Source: Camelus dromedarius (lineage: Eukaryota). Taken from it: a DNA stretch of 64,000 nucleotides. The notes under the pieces are model-generated. The model searched no databases and was not told the origin of the DNA. It was given only the letters and a program-made list of their open reading frames with translations. Every line of letters begins with the position of its first letter. Position 1 is the stretch's first letter. This document shows positions 39,712-52,429 of this stretch, piece after piece. The position numbers and the translations under genes were made by a program. The stretch lies in NCBI RefSeq assembly GCF_036321535.1, contig NC_087437.1, positions 76,138,001-76,202,000 of the forward strand. Reading direction: 5' to 3'.

Positions 39712-40329
39712 ATATGAAAGAGCATCAACAAACAGATCTGAAAGTTGATCTTTTATTGTTCACTAAAAACAAATGTACAAAAATTATAGATAAAGTGTAA
39801 CCCTAACCAACAAGAGTTACTGTGGACTGAAATCTGAAAATTCTGGAACCCATTAGTTTAGGGGTTACTGACCTCCTCTGTGAAATAAATAATACAACCA
39901 ATTATCTTGTTTTCTTGGATCTCTCTAATGCGTTTTAATAACAACAAAATAAGTTTACTTTTTAGTTATCCGGAGAGTCTTAAATACATAAAGCACAAGT
40001 TTCCTATTCAGGAAATATTTTTATTATTTCAGTTGTCTCATGCCAATTTAGCATCACTAAAAATTACACGTTTTGATACAATATTTTCCAAAGAAAACAA
40101 AGAACCATAGAAAAATAAATAGGATTGTATTTTTATGGTATTGAGTTAGCTAAAAGCCATATAATTGAAAAGAAAGGCTTCTCATAAACACCATAAATAC
40201 AAAAAAACTAAATAAGTTAAAGACTTTTTAATTGTACTTGCTTTCATATATACAGTAGGGGCCTTTCAAGAAGCTATTTTTTCCTACTTGGAAATAAACA
40301 TATTTCCTTCTTATCTTAGCATTAATAAC

Positions 40330-41000
40330 CAACCATCTCCCAATTCTATCTCCAGGTACTATCCTATCCCCTCACCTGCTTTCCAAATAACACTTATCAA
40401 AACGTTTGTCAGCAGCAACTATCACCTTTTTCTCTCTTCCTACTTGCTCCTCAACCCACTGCTATACAGGTCTCACCCCTTCCAATTCTCAAAAACAGCT
40501 CTCCTCAAGATCATCAACAGCCTGAACACTGCTAAATGCACTGGTGGATCTACATCCTCACCTGTTTCCTCTGCTTGAGTTACTGATCTGCCATTCCCCC
40601 GGTTTCTTTCCTACATCCCTGACCAGTCCTCAGCCCCTATACTGGTTCATGCCATCTGCCCTCTTCTGGGCCTTATTTCTATACTCCCCTGCATGTCCAT
40701 CTCCCAAAGGCCTAACAATTCTTAATATTTCAACTGAACCATCACTTCCTCATAGCAGCCAGGCCTGTTTCCACAGCTTTGGTCAGCTACTCAATTATAA
40801 TTCTCTTACTACCCCATTCATTTGTTTTTAAGCATTTATTACTATTTGAGTTAAAAGAACTGTATAAGTAATTATGTGATGTCAGTTGTCCTCACTGGAA
40901 TGTAAGGTTAGCGGCTGTGAACCATGGTGCCCTGTACACAGCCTTCTATACATGAACATTTGAAGGAATGAAGGGAGAAAGGGATGGATGGAGGAATGAG
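40330..41000 (+). mobile_element. L2 fragment with 3' end
   Basis: aacagctctcctcaagatcatcaac...cactggaatgtaag...catttgaaggaatgaa. Confidence 0.6.
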
Positions 41001-44000
41001 TTTCACAAGCTAAACTGCTAACTATTAACTCTGAATCTAAATCGTACGTAAACTAAAGAAAAACATGGCATTGTTTCAATAATTTGATTCAGGTGTTAAA
41101 AATAAACCAACTGCAAAATTAGTTGAGGTTCCAACAAATAATATTAAGAGATACTATATATTATTTAAAGTACAATTTATCCTGAAGATTGAAATGACTG
41201 GCACTTAAAACAACTACAACTCTATTTTTAAAAAAATAGTTCCAAAATCAAAACTGAAGATTGTTCTGCAGAATAATTAACCCTCTCAGGCTCAGCAGAA
41301 ATCTGGCTCTAATGAAGAAAATCATAAACATACTGGAATAAATATTTCTTAAACCTGAATTAACATTTTAAAACTACTCTTGATGATTCAATTTGTTCTT
41401 AAAATGATAAAGGAAGCATTAATTACTCCAAAAATCTAGTATCCTGTGCTGTTGGTAATAAGGTGTAAATCATTCATGCTCCATTTCTTCATTCATAAAA
41501 TAAGCAGTTGAGTAGCTGATCTGTGAGTTCTTTTCCAACCCTTTTGAAAGTTTAAGAATTACAGCAAGAAACCTAACACAGCAACATCCTAGTTAATCTG
41601 AAAGTCTGCTTCTGAGTCTCTTTTAACTTTTCAAAATACAAAAGATTATAAGCCTAGAAAAAACATTAAAAGCCCTCCGAATAGCCAAGATTTGTTTTTC
41701 TTAATACCCGACAAATTGCATATATTTAAGGCAGGCCTTTAAACTTTTCACAACACCTTGATTTTTATTTTGATCATTGTTGCAATATGTTTCATTATCC
41801 AGCAGCAAATCATAACTAGGCTACTAACAGCCTTGAGAAGAGTCAAAAAAGGGAATGGGATAAGAAAAATGGAACAGGAAAAATATTAAAGCACAGATCA
41901 TTCTCTAAAGAACAGCAACATAGAATTTTTTAGTAAAGCAAAGAGCACAATAAACTTCCATAGCTCATACCTACATCATTCTATTAATACTAACAGAAAT
42001 AATGATTTTTAATGATCAAAAAATATAATTGTGTTTGTTATATTCTATTTAGCAAAGCAGGAAAACAGATCATCATTGAAATGTTTAAAATTTAAACTTA
42101 CACTTTTTTAAAGTTAAAAACTATTAAAAACAACAGATCCTAGAACTTAAACTACCAAGCACTACACTTGACCTGATGCATTACTGTCCCAGAGATAAAA
42201 CATTAACACAGGAAGTATTACCTTTTTATATGCCAACAGCTTTAAGATGGAAAAATACTACTTAAGATAGTAATACTTATACTAGTAAGATACTAGTAAG
42301 TAAAGAACTGTTTCCCACTCATGATTTAAAACAAACAAAGAAAAAAAAAAAAGGGAGAAGACTCTCTTTGATGATATTTATGTCTGGAAACTGTCCTAAA
42401 ATTAGTATTAATTGTTTGAAATTTGATTGACTCTGGGTTTTTAAAGATGGCTACTTACCATGCATACTAAGAAAATCTTTTAACCGCAAAGATATAACTT
42501 CAATGCTTTTATAAAAAAAAAAATTAATACCGCCAAAAAAAATCTTAGTTTTATAAATACTGTCTGGGTACTAGGATAAAACTAAACGTAATGTGACCTA
42601 AAAACAAAACACACAAGTGAATGTGGTCAAAAGGTACAACCTTCCAGAAAAAAATAAAAATGTCATGTAAAAACAGTTCCCACATATTTCATATACATAC
42701 TGAAACTTCTTAATAAATACTACACAATTTTTTGCCAAATGTTTAAGATACACAGTTTTGCTAAATATTTACTACCTGTGGAAAATACTTTAAAAAAATA
42801 CTTCTACCAAGCCAATGTGAATATTTTATTAAACAGAAAGTTTGCCAAAATATCTGATGCCCTAACAAGCTAAGAAGAAACTATTGCTTCTGCTGAAATC
42901 TTTGAAAAAAATAATTTTTAGAGAGTCTTTCTTTCTACTCTCACATATACATATTGGACTAAAATGAATATTATAAAGTAAATATGTCTTACAACTATGC
43001 CACCATAGATGTAGTAATACTATATAAACTAATAGAATCCAAATTATATTTTAAAACATTTTAGTAATAGTAATTACAATTATAAAGCATTATTCTTTTT
43101 CTAAAAATATCAGACTACTCCTTAGAGGAAATAGTACATGATTAAGAATTATATTTAATAAATTCTATAAATTCTGCCCTGTTGTTGATAAACTGTATTC
43201 TTTATGTAAAACTGGAATTCAGATTTTATCTTAAATTCCTGTTTGCAAAGTAAAAGAAACCGCCAACTCAAGGATATTAAGTACCAAGGTTGTATGCAAT
43301 GTATAAAAACCAAACAACATCAGCTCATGCCCATAACAGAAAAGATTAATTAGCAAAATTTTAATTTTAATTTGGAGGATCATTCCATTCTTAAAGCTAC
43401 TTTTTCAAAAAAATCTCTGCTTAATTCCACAGTTATTACCTGTCTAGTATGTACATCGGCTGTGCAAGTTGGAAGAATGAAAAAAATATGGTCCCTTCAC
43501 TTCAGACTTGGTAGGAGCAAGGCACAAATACAGGATCACAGAAACGGAATTTCCAAGTTTAGGAATTCTGAAAGAAACTGGCCTGTATCACCAAAGACGA
43601 TTCAGCATAAACAGGGAAATGACTATTCCTTTCCCAGGATGTGGGGGAAAGGTCTTAAATTTCTCTTTTATCCATCCAACACTTCAGCACTTAAGTGTGA
43701 TTACTCTCTAAAAGCTCAGTAAGTGAAAGTATGATTAAAGGTATTTTAACACAAAAGTAGCAGCTTCTATGAAAACTTAGTAGCTGGGTTTAAATTTGAT
43801 CCTTGTTAAATATAGATTGTTCTTTATTAAGCAAAACTCATTCACGAATTCACTTAATAACAGCTAAAAAGGTTAGCAAGAGACCAGGTATCAGGTAGAC
43901 TTTAGGTTTTACGTATTTAAACATTTATTTATATAATTACACCATAAAATTTAATATCTCTTATTTAAAATATTGACGGTTTAATTTCTTTAACTATAGA

Positions 44001-44926
44001 ATATTTTTCTTCCTGATAGCATACCTATATATCAGTTGTATTTCTGGTAATTACTTAACTACTAAGATTTCAATTAAAGTTTGAAGTGGCTAACATCAAA
44101 GAACAATGTTCCTTCGCCAAACTGTACTGTGTCTCTCCCCAGAGATTCCAGCTAGGCTAGAGTCTGAGCACCTTTGGGAACAACATTTAAGGGTATGTAA
44201 GCACAATGCAAAGTGTCTTTAAAAGCATGTTGTGATATTTAAATTTAAAAAAGAAAAGACAATGTGCCTTTATTAATTGAATCCCACATGGAAATCTTAC
44301 TTTTGACTCTTCAGTAAAATAAAGCAAATTGTTAATATATATTATCATACAAACATGCTGAAAACAGTATTGAACATGCAAAGAAATATCAAGGATGACT
44401 ATGTTGAAGAAGAATAGTGAGAATAAGGGAAAAAACAAACAAAAATCTTTGGATTTAAGACATCTTCTGTCTAAAATGTTAGCGTAACAGAAGCAATGTC
44501 TATAAAAATCGCGTAAAGAGCCAACATAAACTCCTGATAAACAATTATTTTTTCATTTTTAAAGTATGATGTGTAGAGTCTATTTTATTACATTAATCTT
44601 TCATAATTTCCTCTATCTGAAATTAAATTCTATACCTAATGTCAAGTAGTTAAAATGAACTAGACCCAACTAACTGCCTATATAATGCCATAAGTAACTC
44701 AAATTTTACATAAAAGATTATTGGCCTTTTAAAATCTGCTGCACTGATTTAAAGTGAGCTTCTCGAGTACAATTCAAAGTTATTTGAAGTTAAAAAATTC
44801 ACAGCCATTAATATATAATTATATAACATGATTAACAAGTACACCAGAACTTGCCAAATCATGTCCTTAAAACCAAATTTAAAAATTAATTCTATAGAAA
44901 ATGACAGTAAAACTCAAAAGAGACCT

Positions 44927-45174
44927 GGGGGGAGGTATAGCTCAGTGGTAGAGTGAGGGCTTAGCATGCCTAGTATGCCTGAGATCCTGGGTTCAATGCC
45001 TAGTACCTCCATTAATAAATACATAAATAAATAAACCTAAATTACCTCCCCCCCAAAAAAAACCTAAACAAACACAAAAAACCACACCTAGGCTCTTCAA
45101 ATAAAAACAGAAGTAAAGAAAAAAGAAAGAAGAAAAAAATTAATAAAAAAGAAGCTCTTTTAAAAAAATAAAAT
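44927..45174 (+). mobile_element. tRNA-derived SINE (camelid vic-1-type) with extended composite tail
   Basis: A box tagctcagtgg, B box ggttcaatgcc, TSD aaaagagac (44916-44924, 45175-45183). Confidence 0.9.
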
Positions 45175-47409
45175 AAAAGAGACTCAGTCTACCATAGGTC
45201 CTTTTTAAACATCCCCATAGGATAGAAGTACACAAGTACAGAAAAGAGGGATACAGTTTGACATCTGACTAAAAGCCACCAGGCAAAGAAGAACAAACTA
45301 TAAACCGTGAGGATGAAACTCCTTTAATTTCTTCTCTCTGGTCATAAAGGAGGCACCCTCTATGTAGGTTAAGTGTCTATGTAAAAAGAAGCATAAAGAA
45401 ATCTGTTGGGGTGGGAGGGACTGCAAGGCATCCATCAACATTTGTTTGAAAAGACCTGCCAGGCTCTCAGGAGTTACATTTAAATAATGTGACCCTTCCA
45501 GACAAGACAATAAGGAAACAGATTAGACCCTTCAAGGGGTGATTCATCCTCAGAGACATGGTGAGAGGGGATCCAATATAAAGCTTGGATCCTGAATGTT
45601 TGCTTAAGAGTCTGGGCAGCTCTTTCTGTGGCCCTGAAAGTAATTAGTGGAGGTAAGGCACCTATAGTCCCTGGAGGAGTCACTCAAGGAGGCTCCAGAC
45701 TAAGCAATAAAATGCAGGGCTCGCCCAGGCCAACCCCCAACCAACAGCACCTGCTTTTCTCCTCTCCTCTGAGCAGAGGGCAGTTCCGAGTGCAAGATCC
45801 ACAGGGTGCTTAACCCCTTCACAAGACCTATCGTTTGCCTGAGATTTTGAAGAAAACTCTTATAAACATAAGCAGTCTAATGAAACAATGAAAAGTAGAT
45901 TTTAAAAGAAAAGTAGCTCACCTTAACAACTCTAAAGGGAATCCAATGTGAAAGTGAGGAAAGAATGCATTCTACACAGGCAATTCTTTTCTGCGTGTGT
46001 AACCGTCTCCGGGTTTCTCACCAATCTCTAAACTTGCCCACCCACGCACTCCAGTGCTGGAGTGTAAAACTGGAGGGTCCTTCAGGGCCCAGAGATTTAC
46101 TGCATCAGTTACAAGATCTTTGGGGAACCAGTATTTAAACAACCACCTTTCTTAATACCCAGGATTAACCCACCCCCATCAGGGAGCTGCCTCCCGCTGA
46201 CGCCTTCTTCCATTCTTCCAAATACACCACTCGCCTGCGTTTCACGGGTCAGGGAAAAAAAATGCCACAAGCAGGTGACCAGCCCAAGCTCCCCCTGGCT
46301 CAGGGAGGAGGGATTTGTCCCCTCCGCTCCGGCTGAACCTCGGGGCTGGCTTCACCGCAGGAGGAAGCACGTCCCTGTGAGCGAGGGTGCTGTGCTTCTC
46401 CCTCCTTCCTGCAGATGGAGGCAGGCGGGGAAGGCGCCTGCTCTAAAGCCAAGAGTCCCTCCGCTCTCTCCGCAGACGTCTAGACGGGAAAATGAAGCAC
46501 AGAATGCCCCGTGCTTCTGGAAAAGGAGAAAGGCGAGCACGCTGGTTGCTACTGTTTTCAAAATACTGCAAAATTCTAACTTGGCCACTAGTACATGGTA
46601 TTGTTTTAGTACACACAAAACCTGAAGAGAATGAGGTTTCCAATAACTTTACCCATTGACAAGTGAAGTTTAAACCTACACTATCTTCCAGAATCAAGTC
46701 TGTGTCCCCATCGGCTACAAGGCAGTGTGGCAAAATGTCCTCTCCTGAATGAATTTATATTCAAGTTGCTTTCCCTCTGTAGCTCCTCGCTGTTGCCTGG
46801 AAACAGGAAACCCTTCCCACCTACATGCTTCCTGACTACTCCCCCCCTTCCCTCTTACAATGCAGTGAATGTACCTGGTCATGCTTCTAGATACTGTTTA
46901 TCTTAAAGAAGAGCCGAGTCTTAAATAGAGCAATGGCAGACTTTTTGCCATTCACTAGCCAAACAAATTAGTACCAAAAACTTGAATTAGACAGGAGAAC
47001 AACAACAAAAGCACTATACATAAAAAAGCATTTGAAACTGGTGAACGTGAAATACAAATTAATTAAAACAAGTGTGTCAAATAAAAAACAAAAGTTATCC
47101 TCAATTCTTTTTATTTTTTTTTCTTTCCTTTTACCTACTACTTTGCCTCAGTAATATTTCTTTGAAATCCTGTGTTCTTGAGGTAAGGGAGAATACCATA
47201 TCTTTAAAACAGCCCCCTATCCTTGACTGATCACAGTCACCTTGGTGCCCCCTTAACTTCAACACCCACATCACACCAGCTGCTAAGCCCCCATGGAGTC
47301 TAGTTATCTATTCTTCACTCATTTTATCATTCCTTTCCACACCTTTTGCTACCACTGAACTTTAGCTATGAACTGATTTTCATTAAAGATTATTGCAGCA
47401 ACAAGAGTT

Positions 47410-47600
47410 ACTGCTACTACTATTATCATTTACTTAGAGAATATCATATGCCAAGAAGTATAGAAGCCATTTACATGTTTTATCTCACTATTTCTCTCAA
47501 CAGTCAATGAGGAAGGTACTATTATTACCCCCACTTTAAAGATAAGGAAACGGAGATTTAGAGAGTTTAAATAACTTGCCCAAAGTCATACACACTTAAA
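47410..47600 (-). mobile_element. MIR SINE
   Basis: ggtactattattacccccactttaaagataaggaaacggag...aataacttgcccaaagtcatac. Confidence 0.8.
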
Positions 47601-48329
47601 GTAAGCCTCAAATTCTTCTCCTAGGAAGACAGAGCCAGAATATCCTTATCTTCCAACCTTGCCTTCTATTTCTACTAATTTTTATTGTGAAATTTTGTTT
47701 TGATAAATTTAAAACCATACATGTGCATTTACTTGCTTGCTAAGTGAATCACACTGTGCTTCACACTCACATCAACAGTACCACACACTGGTCCAGCTCC
47801 CTCCCTTCAGAGAAGAACAGGTGTGTTAGGGATCCTTTTTAGTACTTTAATTAATGGGATTTATGGCAGCAAATTTTATGTGCTTCTCAGAGATGCAGTA
47901 AAAAAATAAATTTCTTCTTGTGATTTAATGTTTATAAAGAGCTTTGGGAGAATAAAAAAAAAAATCACAAGAAAAGTTTTGATCAGTCCCTTGCAGCCAA
48001 AGACACAAGACCCTAATAATAAAACAAAATTCACAGGGTAAAAATAACTAGATAGATAGGTAGACAGCAGACAGGAAGATCAAACCTTAGACTTAAAGCA
48101 AAACTGAAAACTAGAAACTGCCCCAAAGTTAGTGTACTAGTGAGGCCAATAAGTTGAAATTATAAACTGTTACTGAGAGTTTCCAAATAACATATTGTTT
48201 TTTTAAAAAAGTCAGTTATTCATTCAACAAAATATCGGTAGTGTTTCGATTCTTAAAAGCATGGAAAAAATCACTTATATTTGTGCTAACAACATCATAA
48301 AACAGCCATTTAATTCTAAGCAAACACCA

Positions 48330-48500
48330 CAGGCAGGACTGGGTTCCTGTTGTAGTGTAATGAGTTATGAGCCACTTCAACTTCACCATATCCCTCATAT
48401 TGCCTGAGCCTCAGTTCCCCCACATCTGCAAAGATAACAATGGCAACCCTGACTCTACCATAAGTTGTTCTGAAAATTAAATGAGAATATGGATGGAATC
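48330..48500 (+). mobile_element. MIR SINE fragment
   Basis: ctgagcctcagttcccccacatctgcaaa...gttgttctgaaaattaaatgaga. Confidence 0.65.
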
Positions 48501-50139
48501 TAAAAATATAAAGTTAGTTTTTCTGAACTGTATGTTCCTTGGTTCTCTTCACATTTTAAACTGTCAAACATACAACAGAAAGACTTGAAGTCAGCACTCC
48601 TCTAATTTCTGGCATATAGGCTTCATTTATCTACATTTAGAAAATTTGCTTTTTCATTTTTCATTAAAGCTTTGGAGATATTCTGTTACTCAAGGACTAC
48701 GTGCCTCTTAAAATTATTTAAATTACCCAGTGAAGTTAGTACAATGACCAGTATACTGCATCTGCAATTACCGAAGATGTGATTTTTACTTATGAAATTT
48801 TCAGTTATGGAAATTGTATTTATCTAAAGCCAAAACCAAAAAGCTAAGATAAATGGGCAGATAATACAGTATTTTGATAAAAATTAATATTATAACTAAC
48901 ATAATACCGTATGGTACTTCTTCAGACTATAGATACCTGTCCCCAGCAGACGGTCAGTATATGCAACGCTGGTGGCAGTTTTGCCAAAAACTGAAATATT
49001 TGTGAGCTGATAGGTTTTGGGGTTTTTTCCCCCCTAAATTAAAACCTATGCCACTCACTGCAAAATATAGTCCAAAAACATCCTATTCACTAGGAGGGTG
49101 ATAAAAACAAGCAAACTAGATAATCAAGCTGTCCATGAATACTGGCAACAGAATGAGAGAATGTCAAATAAACCTGAATTGATGTTACTAAATGTTTTAA
49201 AAATTTAGTATGGTGCATAAATTAATACAGAACTAAATAGTCTATGTCTTCATAAAGTGGTGAGGAGGGGAGAGGAAAAGGGGAGAACAACTGAGAGTGC
49301 CACTATTTTTAATTCAAGTTGTTTAATTAGAAAACTAAAGAGGAGAGAAAATCCTTTACAAGAAACTTTATCACCAAGTTCACTGACACAAAAATGCTAT
49401 TTTTAGGCCTAAATTATCCAGGTAATGATCCTGGTTTTGCCACTAGAGTTTATAAGAACAGAAAGAGTGTGTGTTTAATTGCCAGGTTCTTTGTGGGTTT
49501 ATGTAATTCTCTGGTTCTAATACACCTTTCATTTATCCTTCTCCATTTTTAAGTGTCAGACAATTTTAATAGTCAGTGGTCAGATACTTGGGCTGTTAAA
49601 ACTTAACTGGATAGCTGGACCACAGCAACAATTATAGCATCTCTCTAACACAGAAAGTCCACTTGAGCTGGTCTACACTGCCCTCTACAGCCTTGAGTCA
49701 CTCTTTCTGAAAAATAAATCTGTATATTCATAAAGTGGAATGGGTCAAGAGATATTCTTCAGCATTTAGTGTTCATCTCTAAATCACATTAATAATGGAA
49801 ACTTGAAAGCTGAATTTTTATATATTGTTACATATCGTTACCCACTTTTATTCATTAAGCTCCCAATCAAGAATTTTCCTTATTTCATTTCAACAATTAT
49901 TGAGTGCTTGTCATTATACATGACATTACACTAAGTGTCAGAGTACCAAAAAATGTATGATGTAATCCTTTATTCTTCATAATTTCCGAAGAGCAGCCTA
50001 AGCTTTAATAGACAATTAAACATATATATGTATTTGAAATTACATTTCTTGAAAGATCAAGCTAAAGCTGCTATATTGCAAAGAAGAGTGAAATAGCCTA
50101 CATCCAAATGTAATTTAATATAATGTTATCTTGAAACAA

Positions 50140-50345
50140 GAGAATGCTGGGCTTGAATCTAGAGTCCTCTACTAGCTGTGTAATCATGGATGTTACTTAA
50201 CTTTGAGGATCTCGATTTTCTCATTTATAAAATGGGGATGTGTATAATCCTTACCACCAGTTTTTGGCAAGAATAAGTGACATAATCCTTGAAACCATAC
50301 TGCTTTATCATAATGAGTGTTCAATAAATGGCAGCTATTATTTTT
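50140..50345 (+). mobile_element. MIR SINE
   Basis: actagctgtgt...gttacttaac...ttctcatttataaaatgggg...ttcaataaatggcagctatta. Confidence 0.75.
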
Positions 50346-52254
50346 ATTATCCACATATATTTTCCAAACCATGATCTGAGAAAATGCTCATGTATTTATA
50401 AAGACAATGAGAGAGATTTTAAATTAGGACTGTCCCAGAAAGCCAAAACTTTGTAGTTCCTGTTAAATATACTGAAATTAGTTAATAAAATTGTAACTAT
50501 GTTTAATCTACGGTTTCATTTTTAAAGCCTGTGTAATATTTTCACATATTTATTATTTGTACCTCAAGAAACTCAGAGTTTATACAAAGATATCAGATGA
50601 TTTGACTAATAAATCTTCAAGGCGAACACTTCATAATCTTCATAAGACATAATTTATTTGATTTCTTTCCGTTCTTATTTAGATTTAATCTATGTACATT
50701 ATTAAAGGACCATAATTGTGAAACACTGAAAAATAGCTGCATTAATACAGGTTAATTATTATAAATATAATCTTATTCCTATAATAAGGGTGTAAGATTG
50801 AATATAATCTTTTCATTGTTTTTACTTGGTTAATCTTTTAATTACTAAATTAGAATAACATTAAAATTTGGTATATGAGTTACACATTTACTCAGAATTT
50901 TTAAATAAGCCAAAAAATACATGTATTGGTATACTGGCAGTAAATTAAAAGCATTGACTTCTTTTGAAGACAGACTTAACCAATAGTGTGGCTCATTTAG
51001 GAACATCACTTAAGAAATTTTTGTTGTTTCATATTATTTAAAATGGGCATCTTACTGTATCAGAGGTAAATCACTGTATTTCCAAAAACATTAGCTTTCC
51101 TAGTCATCTTTCAATAAATTGTTTACTTTGAGTGGCTCATAATTTAAATGTTACTTTTAAAAATTAGCCTGTACACATATTTGTATATTAAACACTGCAA
51201 TGATTATACCATATTGATGGTAATTTTAGTCTTTTTTAAAAAAGAATTTGTAAACATACTAATAATCAGAAGATAACAATGAAAGGAGGTAACATGTTGA
51301 GAGTTTACTCATGATTATAAAACATTCAGATATAAAGACTAACATGCAATTACTTTTAACACATGAAAACCTCCAATCCATTTCAGGCATTCTGGGCTTC
51401 TTTGAAGAGTGACAGTCTCAGTAAAGTAGCCCTTTAATGGGCACCAATTGTCTCAAGACAATGTATTAAATTAGTTTTAACTTATTTGCTCTTATTTTAA
51501 AACATAAACAACTGTCCACAAATCCTTTCACTAGGAATTGTTGAGAAGAAAAGAAAGGGCTAGCTGAATACTGCAATTCCAAAAAGTTGAGGCAACAGTT
51601 TCAGAAGTGGTCACCAGCACACAGTGGTTCTATTCAGGAATAACTGTACCATCCTAAGAATCTTAAAGAACGTAGTGTACTTTCTGGGTTAATATTTTCA
51701 TGATATAATTTCCCATAACCTTTATTTACCCTCTATGTAGCTAAATGATTTCTTCCCCAAGTCTATTATCCTTTCAGAAAGAGTAAATGCCCTGTACAGT
51801 CAACAGCAAACGGGAGAAACTGCACCAATGGTACACAGCTCAATTAATGAATCCCAGCAAAGGGATGAAGCGACAATTCACACACACAAGGACCTAACAA
51901 TGAGCAGGGGAACATAAGATGGAAAAGGAATCACTCTAAAAAAGAAACGCAGTCAAAGGTAGGCCAAGCATACCTCTCTTCAATATACTGTTTACTTAGT
52001 AAGTTTGAGAAGCCAATAGAACTAGTGATCAAAGATTTGCTTAAGGCAATGAATTTCAACAACTAGAACAACATGATCAGCTGCTTTCAGGGGAATAAGA
52101 TACAAGAAACTATCCTAGATAGGATAGTTTCTTAGGATTGTTGAAAAGGAATTTCTGAATTAAATAAGATAACAGTTGTGAGTAGAATAACCTAGTAGAG
52201 TTCCTGGCATGTAGTGTCTAACAAGTTAGCTAATATTACAGTTACAGAATTTCA

Positions 52255-52400
52255 TCCCCACACCAACACAGCATAGTGATATTTTATCACACTTTTGCCA
52301 GAAAATTGAAGCTTAAACAGAGGCATCAAGTAACCAGCCATAACACAGTTAAGTGGTAGTGAAACAAGATCTGAACACAGGTCTGTGTGATTATTGGAAG
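52255..52400 (-). mobile_element. MIR SINE fragment
   Basis: gaaaattgaagctt...aagtaacc...acacagttaagtgg...gatctgaacacaggtctgtgtga. Confidence 0.55.
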
Positions 52401-52429
52401 CTGCATGCTTATATCAGACACGTACTTTA

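Noticed and set aside
43372..43722. 116-aa + strand ORF
   Set aside because: Starts at TTG, no recognisable homology, opposite to the inferred transcription direction
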